Assembly: GCA_965649265.1 (NCBI GenBank)
Contig: CBFGKC010000001.1
Span: 13,119 to 77,118, forward strand
Direction of reading: 5' to 3'
DNA length: 64,000 bases
Source of the DNA: a candidate division WOR-3 bacterium
GTDB taxonomy: Bacteria > Hydrothermota > Tepidihabitantia > B3-TA06
Shown here piece after piece: positions 9,994-19,545 of this stretch. The position numbers and the translations under genes are program-made. Position 1 is the stretch's first letter; every line of letters begins with the position of its first letter. The notes beneath the pieces were generated by a model. The model did no database searches and was not told where the DNA came from. It saw only the letters and a program-made list of their open reading frames with translations.

Positions 9994-10438
9994 TGTTTCT
10001 CCTCGGCCTTTCGGCCAGGTTTTGGATTTTTTAGCCTCCTTGCTCCTGTGGGATTTGTTCTTAGCTTCTCCTCCTTTTTTATCGTATTGCATAATAAATT
10101 AAACTATAGGTCATTTTTTTTATTTGTCAAGAGTCTCTGTTTAAATTGTGAGTTTTTTGATACTATGGCTCAGGGTCGATCAGAAAGCGCCTTTTGCGAG
10201 AGGACCGGCAGGGAAGGTGAGATGCTTGACAGAAAATCCCTTTTGCCTACACTTTCCGTATGGAGCAGATGATGGCAGGGACCCGTAACACCCGTCCCCT
10301 ACGGGGATTCTTATATGCATCTTTATCAAAAGGAAATAACACCCTCCTCGCCCCCCTCGCGGAACGAAGTTCCGCCAGTGCGGCTTCCAGTCGCTACCTC
10401 GCTCTCCTTGACTCGAAAATCTTGGTTGGATTGGAGGA

Positions 10439-11689
10439 ATGATGTTTAATTTTGTGATGTTCGCACTGGCGTTCCTTTCAGGCTTCCCGAAACCCGATCT
10501 CGTATCCGTCGATATCGGGAGCGTACAAGCAGGAGCAGGTTTTATTTTCCAATACAATAACAACCCTCTTTTGTTCCCCGATGCAGGAATCTCCCTGGGA
10601 CAGGCCAGGTTGTACTGGGGTAAAACCCTTGCGGTAATGAGTGGACTAGAGCTCTTGCATGCAACCGTATCCACAACCGATCGTCCGAGTTTGTTTGTAA
10701 CATCGGCGTTCCTTAAACCTCAGTTAGGCGTTTCATTCCTGTTCCGGCCCGAACGGCAATTCAGGTCAGGCAAAGAGTTTCTGGGAAGCAAGGGCTATAT
10801 ACCCCGGCTGGATATCGTCCTAGGCTTCACCCCATTGAATCTCGTTCTGTGGGATTCCTCACCCGTATATTGGGGCCTCTCGCCTACATTGACGACGGAA
10901 GCCAGCTTCTACCTCACTCACACGATGCGGATATCATTTGAGAATCAAAACATGGTCGAGTATGACACCGCCATGAGCAGCTGGCTTGCCGGCGGGACGC
11001 CCTACCATACATATCGCCTTGCCCTTAGTTACGCGTTCGGTGCCGATTACACCGACTCAACCAAGGTGTCACAACGTTCTTCAACAGGCTTCCCGGAACC
11101 GGACCTTTTTTCATTTGATGTCGGGACCTTCCAGATTGGCGCTGGAATCGCACCCGACTGGCCAGGAAGTCTGCTTCTACCCGACATTGGTGTATCTCTG
11201 GGACAGGCAAGACTGCACTGGGGGAAAAGTAAGGCTTTTGTGGCCGGATTTGAACTGCTTCGTTTTGAGCTTGCAGGATCACCTGAAACTGGATTATTCG
11301 GTACATCTGAATGCTTTATGCCTGAAATAGGGTTGTCAAAATTGTTAAAATCCGAGCGTCCGGTGAAATCGAAAGCATGTATAGGCCTCTTCAAGAGCGA
11401 AAGTTTTGTTCCGAGAACGGACCTTGTATGCGGTTTCAGTGCAATCAATCCGGTATTATCATTCATAAAAGGTAACCCTGTAAACTTTTCCCCAACCCTT
11501 AGATTTGAGGCAAGAATATTTCTTAATCGAACGATACAAATAATATTTGAAAACAGGAACATATGGTGTTATGACGAGTCATATGAGTATCTAAACACCT
11601 ATAACACATTCCACCTTTCTCTGTGCTTCGCCATGGGTGCGGATTACCCCGCAAACAAAAGCCCCGAGCCGGAACGCGAGGGCGAATAG
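10439..11689 (+). CDS. Putative outer-membrane protein with two tandem ~200-aa beta-barrel-like repeats
   Basis: Repeated GFP(K/E)PDL.S.D.G..Q.GAG...PD.G.SLGQARL.WGK ... F(A/S).GADY; amphipathic beta-strand pattern. Confidence 0.65.
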   Translation: MMFNFVMFALAFLSGFPKPDLVSVDIGSVQAGAGFIFQYNNNPLLFPDAGISLGQARLYWGKTLAVMSGLELLHATVSTTDRPSLFVTSAFLKPQLGVSFLFRPERQFRSGKEFLGSKGYIPRLDIVLGFTPLNLVLWDSSPVYWGLSPTLTTEASFYLTHTMRISFENQNMVEYDTAMSSWLAGGTPYHTYRLALSYAFGADYTDSTKVSQRSSTGFPEPDLFSFDVGTFQIGAGIAPDWPGSLLLPDIGVSLGQARLHWGKSKAFVAGFELLRFELAGSPETGLFGTSECFMPEIGLSKLLKSERPVKSKACIGLFKSESFVPRTDLVCGFSAINPVLSFIKGNPVNFSPTLRFEARIFLNRTIQIIFENRNIWCYDESYEYLNTYNTFHLSLCFAMGADYPANKSPEPEREGE

Positions 11690-11927
11690 TCAGGGGGAGG
11701 GGGGGATCTCTTCGATGACGCTCCTCATTCTACGGTTGACAAAACCCCTCGTTCGCACTGGTCCTTGTGAGGTGAGATGTTATCCGACATAAGGAATGCT
11801 TGTGAGAAGGAAAAAGGTTGGGGTTTTGCAACTTGCATTATCCATTTACAACGAAAGGTTGACAAATTCCCCCGACCGGATAAGCTCTCCGAAAACGAAT
11901 CTGAATCCCTGACCTGAAAGGAGCGGT

Positions 11928-13448
11928 ATGGCTGTAGTTATATCAGGAAAAAATTTAAAGGTTGAAGATGTCGAGCGCGTCGCGCGCAAGTTCGAAAAGG
12001 TAGAGATCGCCGCAGACGCGTGGGAACGCATCAAACGCTGCCGCGCGATGTGCGAGGAGAAGATAGAGAAGCGCGAAATCATGTACGGCGTCACCACCGG
12101 CATCGGCGAGTTCTCCGAGGTCGTGCTCACACCCGAGCAGACCCAGGCGTACCAGAAGTACTTGATTTATTCCCATGCCGCCGGCATAGGCGAGCCGTTC
12201 CCTGAGGAGGTCGTGCGCGCGGCCATCCTCACCCGCATCAACGTCCTCTCGAACGGCCTTTCGGGCTGCCGGCCCGTGATCGTCGAGACACTCGTCGCCA
12301 TGCTGAACGCGGGTGTGCATCCCGTAATGTGCAAGCGCGGCTCGGTGGGCGCGTGCGGCGACCTTTCGCCGATGGGCCAGATGGCTCTCGTTTTAATGGG
12401 CGAGGGCGAGGCCTTCTACAAGGGCGAGCGGCTGCCGGGCGGCGAGGCAATGAAGCGCGCAAAGGTTCCGACTATAAAGTACGAAGCGCGTGACGGGCTT
12501 GCGACCATCAACGGCTCCAACGTCATCAACGGCTGGGGTTGTTTGATGATCCCCGAGACCATGCGCTGGCTCAAGATGCACGATATCTCGTCCGCCATGA
12601 CCATGGAAGCCTTGAATATCAACACCAAGTGTCTGGATGAGCGCCTGCACAAGGCGCGCGGCTACCCTGGCGCCATTACGGTCGCGGCCAACCTGCGCAA
12701 GCTCATGCAGGGTTCGAAGCTTCTGGAACGCAAGGGAAAGCGCGTGCAGGACGCATACAGTCTTCGCTCGACCCCACAGGTCGCGGGCGCGGCAAGAGAC
12801 TCGTGGAAGTTTGCCAGGGAGATGTACGAGATCGAGCTCAACGGCGTCGGCGACAATCCTCTGTTCTTTCCCGACGACAAAGAGGTCATCACGGGAGCCA
12901 ACTTCCAGGGAACGCCTCTTGCGTTTGCGCTCGAGGCGCTGGGTCTGGCTGTTTCGACGGTCTGCGTGCTATCGGAGCGCCGCCTGAACCGCCTCATGAA
13001 CCCCGCACTCTCCGCGGGACTGCCCGGCTTCCTCACACGCGGCGGCGGCATGTTCTCTGGCCTCATGCTCTCGCAGTACACCGCCTGCCAGCTCGTCAAC
13101 GAGCAGCGCATTCTCTCACATCCGGCGGCGAACGGCTCCATTCCTGCAGCCGCTGACCAGGAGGACTTCGTCTCCATGGGAATGACAACTGCCCTGAAGA
13201 CTCGCCAGATAGTCGATAACGCTTACGGCGTGCTGGGCATCGAGCTCATCGCGGCCGCGCAGGCGTTCGACTTCCGCGACGCCGAACCCGGACCCGCGTC
13301 CAAGGCCGCCTACGACGTGATTCGCAAACACGTGGCCCATCTGGACGAGGACAGACCGCTGTTCGACGACAACAACGCGATGGCCGAGGTCGTGCGCTCC
13401 GGCGAGATTCTCGAAGCGGTCGAGAAGGCTATCGGCAAACTGGATTAA
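11928..13448 (+). CDS. hutH: Aromatic amino acid ammonia-lyase (histidine ammonia-lyase family)
   Basis: YGVTTGIG, GSVGACGDL (MIO site), QDAYSLR, DNPL, GANF, QEDFVSMG motifs; substrate not certain. Confidence 0.85.
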   Translation: MAVVISGKNLKVEDVERVARKFEKVEIAADAWERIKRCRAMCEEKIEKREIMYGVTTGIGEFSEVVLTPEQTQAYQKYLIYSHAAGIGEPFPEEVVRAAILTRINVLSNGLSGCRPVIVETLVAMLNAGVHPVMCKRGSVGACGDLSPMGQMALVLMGEGEAFYKGERLPGGEAMKRAKVPTIKYEARDGLATINGSNVINGWGCLMIPETMRWLKMHDISSAMTMEALNINTKCLDERLHKARGYPGAITVAANLRKLMQGSKLLERKGKRVQDAYSLRSTPQVAGAARDSWKFAREMYEIELNGVGDNPLFFPDDKEVITGANFQGTPLAFALEALGLAVSTVCVLSERRLNRLMNPALSAGLPGFLTRGGGMFSGLMLSQYTACQLVNEQRILSHPAANGSIPAAADQEDFVSMGMTTALKTRQIVDNAYGVLGIELIAAAQAFDFRDAEPGPASKAAYDVIRKHVAHLDEDRPLFDDNNAMAEVVRSGEILEAVEKAIGKLD

Positions 13449-13469
13449 TCACCTGCAAGAAATTAACGA

Positions 13470-13502
13470 AAGAGGCCGTCAGCCGACGGCCTCTTCTTTT
13501 TT
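13470..13502 (+). terminator. Rho-independent terminator
   Basis: AAGAGGCCGTC-agcc-GACGGCCTCTT followed by a T-run. Confidence 0.8.
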
Positions 13503-13545
13503 AAGATTTCAACAGTGATCTCGATATTACTCCGTAGAACAAAAA

Positions 13546-14592
13546 CTACAGTTCAGTGACAGCTAGTCCGAAACGACATTTCTCAAAACATTCCCTGCCT
13601 TGATTAATGGAATCAGCCTTTATTCTACACACCCCGTCATCCTTCATTATATGCTTATAGCTTGAAGCCAGGATATTGCCCACGGGTTTCCTTTGAGGAC
13701 ATATTGCCAGATCACCGTTCGGACTTATGAAGCGAAAGAACCAGGGATAGGCACACCTGTCCATCGGCGAATTCTTTGTAGAAGCGCCCTTGCCCGTAAA
13801 CTCACCGTGCCCGAGTAATTTTATGCCGTACTCTAAAGCCTTTCGCGCTGCCGATGCCAGAAGTTTATTCAACTCTTTCTCCTCTTTTTCATCCAACTGG
13901 TTCCCGATGGACCATTGATTGTTAGCGAAAGGAGTCAGCGGTCTGTATTGAATCGAATCGGCACCATACTGGAATGCAAGATCTGTGAATTTATCCACCT
14001 CGAACCAGTTGGTTTTGGAAATCGTAAAGTTCAATCTCACCTCCGGCTTTTTGCAGTGTGACGCGGCTTTAATGTTCCTTATCATGGAAAGATTTTCAAG
14101 CAGTCTGGAAAAACTTGCGCCTCCGCGAACCGATTCAAAAGTTTTGGCGCCGGCTCCGTCCGCTGAAATGACTATCTGAGATACACCGCTTTCTATGCTC
14201 GCATTGATAATTTCAGGTGCAAGCTTCATGCCGTTGGTTATAAACGCAAAAAAAGGAACCTTGTATGCCCCTGCCGCTCTGATGTATTCCTCAAATCGCG
14301 GAGTCAACAGGGGTTCCGCCGTACATGACAGGTAAAGCATGTGGGCTTTGCGAAAAATCATTTCGGCGATGTTCTTAAAGTCTTCAAGCGGCATTATCAC
14401 GGGTTTAAAGTTTTTGGATTGTCGCACTGACACTTCAGGACACATTTCGCATCTCAAATCGCATAAATTGTTTGTGTCCATCCTGACCAGCAAATGCCTG
14501 ATGCCAATCAGTTCTGCGGATTTAAGAAGGGCTATACGGATTCTTCTGCTGTTTAATTTGCTGTAAATATTTTGGAGTCTCCATTCCTTCAC
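13546..14592 (-). CDS. Radical SAM/SPASM-domain protein
   Basis: CDLRCEMC, EPLL, TNG, C-terminal CAYPW..ISPNG..C..GN..CxxC; AT-richer than its neighbours. Confidence 0.88.
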   Translation of the reverse strand: MKEWRLQNIYSKLNSRRIRIALLKSAELIGIRHLLVRMDTNNLCDLRCEMCPEVSVRQSKNFKPVIMPLEDFKNIAEMIFRKAHMLYLSCTAEPLLTPRFEEYIRAAGAYKVPFFAFITNGMKLAPEIINASIESGVSQIVISADGAGAKTFESVRGGASFSRLLENLSMIRNIKAASHCKKPEVRLNFTISKTNWFEVDKFTDLAFQYGADSIQYRPLTPFANNQWSIGNQLDEKEEKELNKLLASAARKALEYGIKLLGHGEFTGKGASTKNSPMDRCAYPWFFRFISPNGDLAICPQRKPVGNILASSYKHIMKDDGVCRIKADSINQGRECFEKCRFGLAVTEL

Positions 14593-14730
14593 CTTGTACC
14601 TCTCTTCCTTTTTTATATTTCCCTACTGTTAATTATATTGCAAAAAAACAGATTGTCAACAAAAAGGCCGCCTTGGCGGCCTTCACTTTTAGCCCCCTCC
14701 CCCTAGACGGGAAAGGTTGGTGGAATTATG

Positions 14731-15387
14731 CTAATCGACTTTTACGATTTTAACGACCGTCCGATCCTTGTCTTTCGCGTAGTAAGTCCCTGCGGGAAGG
14801 TTGGAGATACTCACCCTACCCTCAGTCAGGACATTCTCCATCACCCGACCCGATGCATCGACCACCATGCTCGCGCCCGGTGCTGAAACGTATGGACCTC
14901 TCGCTATGACTGCACTCGCCACCGGACTCGCCTGCCCGGGCTCAGGCTGCTCGGCAACACCCGAAGCGCTGTCCGGCAAAAAGATGAGCGCCTGAAGGTA
15001 GGCGTTCTGACAGACCGCAGGCCAACCATCTGTCTCGTATGGTGTAAACACAAGGGAGAGATTGTGGTTCCCAGATGTAAGTAAATAGGAATAAGATATT
15101 GAAAACCCGTCGCGGTATGCCGGTGCAATATTCGATTGCGCTATAACCGGCAATGGTTCTCCATCTAATTCTAACCACAATGTGGAAAGACTATTCAATC
15201 CTCCTGCCGTGAATTGTACATACGCTGTTGTATCCGTCGAAAAGGACACCCCCACAGCTGTAACAGTATCTTGTATGTTAGGTTTAATACTAACGGGATC
15301 TTTCTGGTAGCTCTCAAACAACAGAGGAGAACCACTTAAGCCCATTGCTGCTCCTAGAAACACCAATGAAAACAATATTTTTTTCAT
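14731..15387 (-). CDS. Secreted protein with short T9SS-like CTD
   Basis: MKKILFSL signal peptide; D.SGR..LPAGTY..KIVKVD end. Confidence 0.75.
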   Translation of the reverse strand: MKKILFSLVFLGAAMGLSGSPLLFESYQKDPVSIKPNIQDTVTAVGVSFSTDTTAYVQFTAGGLNSLSTLWLELDGEPLPVIAQSNIAPAYRDGFSISYSYLLTSGNHNLSLVFTPYETDGWPAVCQNAYLQALIFLPDSASGVAEQPEPGQASPVASAVIARGPYVSAPGASMVVDASGRVMENVLTEGRVSISNLPAGTYYAKDKDRTVVKIVKVD

Positions 15388-15433
15388 GCAAATCCTCCAA
15401 GAGTTATATTATTGATAAATAAATAAGGTTGTC

Positions 15434-15470
15434 AATCCCCCCTCCTCTCTTAATAGAGGGAGGGGGGATT
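15434..15470. terminator. Hairpin downstream of the tail-tip gene
   Basis: AATCCCCCCTCC...GGAGGGGGGATT inverted repeat. Confidence 0.5.
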
Positions 15471-15513
15471 TATTAAGCGTTTTAAGGGTTGTATTCAATA
15501 AGTTCTTAATGAA

Positions 15514-16725
15514 TCACCATCCTGTACTTCCTAGGCTGCCTTTGGATTTGCCTTCTACCCTACCGTTTTTGATAAGGTTTGCATATTCAGTTATCTCTGA
15601 TGCGTACAGCTCCCGGTTGAGGTGTCGAATTTCATCAAAGCCATCCCTTTCGTATCCAGCGAGTGTAACAATACTACCCAAAGGAAGAATGGAACTTAAC
15701 TCAAAGAAACCTCCAGGGTCTACATTAAGCTCTATTGCTCCACCAAGGTAAACGGCCATCTTAATGTTATATTTATATGCCCTATCTAAGGAATTCCACA
15801 TTTCCAACATCTGCGTGTTTATCTGGATCAGATACCAGGTGTCGGACTGGATCGCGGTGGTGCCGTAGACCGGTGAGACGGACACACCCGCAAGTGAACC
15901 CTTGAGGTAGCCGCCCTCGAGCGAGAGCGTGTATATGCCGCCGGTACTGCTTCCGTAGCCGAATATCTGGGAATTGACCGTCGAGACGCAGCAGTACCAC
16001 AGGAACTGGAAGCTGCGCATGCCGCGGGGGTCAACGCCCAGGAACAAGAGCGAGGAGCCTGATGATTCCCTCATTAACGCGGGTCGTGCAAAGAAGCCCG
16101 AATTGTACCAGCCCCAGCCCGAGGGCAGGGTGGCTTGCTGGCCGGAAACGCCGGGAAAGCTTGTCACCGTTGTGCCCTTGCCCTCGTCGCACGGGAAGTA
16201 AAAGAAAAGCCCGGGCGTGCCAGCCGCGCGCTCGCCGTTGAAGTGGTCGGAGTAGCCGCCTCCTGCGAGCCGCCACTGCAGCACCTCGACGAATTTTCGG
16301 TCCGTGGGCAGCACGAGCGTGCCGTTGCTGTCGGTGTTCAAGGAGCCCAGGTACGCGCCCGATATCTGGTCATAGACCTCCACATTGACGGCGGCAAGCC
16401 TTTTGCCCTTGATGATCGCGTAAAGCTCCTCGACCGCGGCCGCGGTCTCGAGCGCGGCCGCCGCCGCCTGCAGGGGATCGCGCACAATCTCGGTCCGGGC
16501 CTGCGCAATTGTCTTCCCCTGCCAGTCCTTCTGCTCGGGATAGTAAGTCTTCGTTCCGCATTTGCACGCCTCGGCCAGGGCCTTGGCCTTCACGAGGCTT
16601 TGGAGATTGTCGCTTTCGTAAAGGCTTGAAAGATCGCGCAGGCGCACAATCTGCTTGCCAGGGTAGTCGCGCTCGAAACCTATCGAGCCGACGCGAATTA
16701 CTTCAACCGTGCGGGTGTTGGCCAT
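15514..16725 (-). CDS. Tail-tip/receptor-binding protein with C-terminal LamG/concanavalin-like domain
   Basis: YFPCDEGKGTT...DTWY....GFDEIRHLNREL pattern typical of LamG; last gene of the tail block. Confidence 0.6.
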   Translation of the reverse strand: MANTRTVEVIRVGSIGFERDYPGKQIVRLRDLSSLYESDNLQSLVKAKALAEACKCGTKTYYPEQKDWQGKTIAQARTEIVRDPLQAAAAALETAAAVEELYAIIKGKRLAAVNVEVYDQISGAYLGSLNTDSNGTLVLPTDRKFVEVLQWRLAGGGYSDHFNGERAAGTPGLFFYFPCDEGKGTTVTSFPGVSGQQATLPSGWGWYNSGFFARPALMRESSGSSLLFLGVDPRGMRSFQFLWYCCVSTVNSQIFGYGSSTGGIYTLSLEGGYLKGSLAGVSVSPVYGTTAIQSDTWYLIQINTQMLEMWNSLDRAYKYNIKMAVYLGGAIELNVDPGGFFELSSILPLGSIVTLAGYERDGFDEIRHLNRELYASEITEYANLIKNGRVEGKSKGSLGSTGW

Positions 16726-16733
16726 CTCGGCTC

Positions 16734-18764
16734 CTATATGATCTTCGAGCCCGCATCCTCGCGGTACTGCAGGGTGTAGCGAAGATCGAACGTTTGCGAT
16801 GAAGAACCGATGTTCTTTATTAGGAGCTTGAGTCCGGGGTCAGTTATCTTGAAATCGGCGAAATCCTTCTCGACGCTGCCGCCGTCTGCAGGAACGTTGC
16901 TGGCGTCGCCGCCCGTGCCTATCATGATCTTGCGCCCGGCGTCGTAAGTCTGGTTCGAACCGTAAACGTAAACTTCAAAGTCCTGCTCGGCCGCTGCGGT
17001 CAGATTGACGAGCATTATGGCTTCGGGCCATACTGCGTTGGGGATTTTTTGAATATCGACGACCTTGGTTGAGCTTGCGGCGAGCGATGAAGCGGAGATA
17101 GGATTGGTGAAGTATTTGCGGTTTCGCAGGTTGGCTACACCGCCCGCGACGACGTATGTGTCGGAAGGAGAAAGCACCTTGACGACGCCCGAGCATTTCA
17201 TGGCCATGCGCGATCTTATGGCTCGGCATTTGACCTTGACCTTCTGGCCGGGCGGCACGTCGAGCTTGACGACGCGCTCCTTGGGTCTGATGGTCGGGTG
17301 CGCCGAATTGTTGAAATCGGGGTCGGCAGGGCTGTCACCGTAGGTGTAGACGAGTTCGTATGCCTCGGGCTCTATGCTGCCCGTGCTGTGCGTGGGAATA
17401 GTTATCTCCACACCGCCGTCAACGGCCACAACGTTAAGGTTCGGCGACTCAGGTTCCCAGCAGACAAGGAGGTCGGATCCCACAATGAAATCGGCCTCGG
17501 CCCACTTGGTGTAGTTTTCCCCGGAGATTTCGGACGCAGTCTTTATGCGATACAAACCGCCAAGGTTGAGATCCTTTATGAGCACAACAGGAGCAACTGG
17601 CGATTGGACCCGGTTGTAGTTGCGGACGGTGTAGGGATGGGTAAGAGATGGCGTCTCAGTACCCAATTCCTCCTTGTAGGGAAAGGATTGCGCGCGGTAC
17701 TTGTCGGCATAGGGACAGATGTAGTAGGTTGCGGAGTAGGCGTCGGGAAGATCCTCTTCGCAGATGACGCTGCTGGAGCTCGAATCGGTAATCTTTGAGA
17801 ACCAGCTCTCGTCGCTCTTTACAAGGTAGTAATAACCCGGACCGTCGACTTCCTTGCCGTGATCGATATCGGTTACCCATAACTTTTCGATCCAGGCCGA
17901 GACACCCGACATGGTCGGCATCGTGAAGTTGCATTTCTTTGCATTTCCCGAGTCGCGCTGTCCTGTGCCCCAGTCCCCTATCCAGACTTTTACGTCGGCC
18001 AGTGGCGTGCCCGATTTGAGATTGACGCGTTCGAGCGTTACGGCCGCCTGAGCGGTTGCCGTGCGGCCCAGTTCCTCGGGCATCACGGTCTCTATGCCGT
18101 CCCATGAGGCTCCGTTGCGGGTTCCCGAAAGAATGACGGGCATCGGGATCTTGCGTCCCTTGGGCAAGTCGTGAAGTTCAGGTTGATTGCCGGGAAGCGC
18201 CGGCTCGGCTCCCGTTCCGGTTCCCTCTTCAACGGCGACTTCGGGAATCGAGGATTGTGGAATTAGCTTGCACGTGCGCTGTATGCGGTCGGTCAAAGAA
18301 ATGGACATGGGGTCTGTTTCATCCTGACGGACTGACGCGAGCACGATGTCGGACACACCCGGTGCATCGGTTGAAACCGTAATGACGTAGGAGTCTTTTT
18401 TTCGAGTGTTATATGAGACCGCCGTTCGATGCGCCGGTCTCGCTGTGTCGGTCGTCGAAACGTAGGATATCTTTACGTAATTTGTCGTGTTGTCCCAGGC
18501 CGTGAGTAAGGCTTCCTGCGCGGACTCCACCGTGATCCGGCGGCCGTCCTTGTCATAGGCCCATCCGGCAGAGATTTGGATAGTGTGTGAGACCGCTTCT
18601 TTTTCCGTGACTTCGAGACCTTCACCAAGGCAAGGCAGACAGCCGAAGTCCTTAGCCAATTGAAGCAGGTCGGCATCCTGACCGTTCTGGTCCGTTATGA
18701 AATCATCCGGGAAAAGACGGTCGTCCGGCACGTGTGTGTCGTTTCGGTTAAATCTTGTACTCAA
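16734..18764 (-). CDS. Tail fiber/baseplate-attached protein
   Basis: N-terminal GLEV...ISAGWAYDKDGRRI fiber-attachment motif, FN3-like beta-rich C-terminus; TTG start after SD AAAGGAGG. Confidence 0.65.
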   Translation of the reverse strand: MSTRFNRNDTHVPDDRLFPDDFITDQNGQDADLLQLAKDFGCLPCLGEGLEVTEKEAVSHTIQISAGWAYDKDGRRITVESAQEALLTAWDNTTNYVKISYVSTTDTARPAHRTAVSYNTRKKDSYVITVSTDAPGVSDIVLASVRQDETDPMSISLTDRIQRTCKLIPQSSIPEVAVEEGTGTGAEPALPGNQPELHDLPKGRKIPMPVILSGTRNGASWDGIETVMPEELGRTATAQAAVTLERVNLKSGTPLADVKVWIGDWGTGQRDSGNAKKCNFTMPTMSGVSAWIEKLWVTDIDHGKEVDGPGYYYLVKSDESWFSKITDSSSSSVICEEDLPDAYSATYYICPYADKYRAQSFPYKEELGTETPSLTHPYTVRNYNRVQSPVAPVVLIKDLNLGGLYRIKTASEISGENYTKWAEADFIVGSDLLVCWEPESPNLNVVAVDGGVEITIPTHSTGSIEPEAYELVYTYGDSPADPDFNNSAHPTIRPKERVVKLDVPPGQKVKVKCRAIRSRMAMKCSGVVKVLSPSDTYVVAGGVANLRNRKYFTNPISASSLAASSTKVVDIQKIPNAVWPEAIMLVNLTAAAEQDFEVYVYGSNQTYDAGRKIMIGTGGDASNVPADGGSVEKDFADFKITDPGLKLLIKNIGSSSQTFDLRYTLQYREDAGSKII

Positions 18765-19212
18765 CTGAGCCTCCTTTCCGGTTCCCCCAAAAAAGCTTCT
18801 CAAGCGAGAGGCTGATTGGAGGAATGACGGATTTGCATTTTTTTAATATAGAACATATGATAATCATCCATTCTACCGATCGATGATAAAGGGTCCTGGT
18901 CCCTCCATTGGTCACGCGTGAATCGAATCTCTGCGAAGAAGATCCCTCTTTTCCCCTAAGCAACCGCTTGATCATTTTTCCTCCTTAAAAAACAAATCTC
19001 GCTAGCTTGAAATACGGTCGAGTAGGGTTTCATATTCTCTTTGTTAATACTACGAGGATTTAAGCCCTTTTTTGTCACAAGACGCCCGGCCGGTAAATCG
19101 CGAGCGGAAATCGTTTGCAAAGTCTTAATTTTCAATACGTTATTCGATTTGTTGTTGTTCGGAGAAGAACGAAAATCAAATGCATGAATGCTGCATAGTT
19201 TGCGAATAACGC

Positions 19213-19279
19213 TTGACATGCGGTGGTTTTGAATTAAAATTTTAATGTATTTAATGATAGGATGTAGGATACTACATCC
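19213..19279 (+). promoter_or_regulatory. Promoter and palindromic operator of a small DNA-binding gene
   Basis: TTGACA(19213)-16-TAAAAT; GGATGTAG-GATA-CTACATCC at 19260-19279. Confidence 0.6.
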
Positions 19280-19295
19280 AGAAAGGAGAGCTCTT

Positions 19296-19484
19296 ATGGC
19301 TAGACCAAGATCTGGTGAACCCCGTAACAAGCTCCTCGCGATACGTGTAACCGATGAGTTATGGGAGACCCTTGACCGGACCTGGCACGCTATCTGTGCC
19401 AACGGTGAAAGGATCACTAAGGAGGAATTTCTCTCCCGCCTTTTGAAGGCTGGGCTCGAGAACCAGAAATCCTCCGGCGCATAA
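19296..19484 (+). CDS. Small ribbon-helix-helix-like DNA-binding protein (62 aa)
   Basis: MARP..RNKLLAIRVTDELWETL..ITKEEFLSRLL: beta-strand then two helices; SD AAAGGAG. Confidence 0.65.
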   Translation: MARPRSGEPRNKLLAIRVTDELWETLDRTWHAICANGERITKEEFLSRLLKAGLENQKSSGA

Positions 19485-19545
19485 TTTTCCATAAAGAGCA
19501 CGTACGGGAGCGTTTCTGAGACGGCAAGAGAATGAGCGGGCATTC

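Noticed and set aside
10340-10410. GC-rich structured stretch resembling tRNA-Sec or a riboswitch
   Set aside because: Has a hairpin (GCGGAAC-GAA-GTTCCGC) but no TCA anticodon arm, T-loop or riboswitch consensus
18956-19543. 195-aa minus-strand ORF in the tail operon gap
   Set aside because: Antisense to the RHH gene and its promoter; no protein-like features
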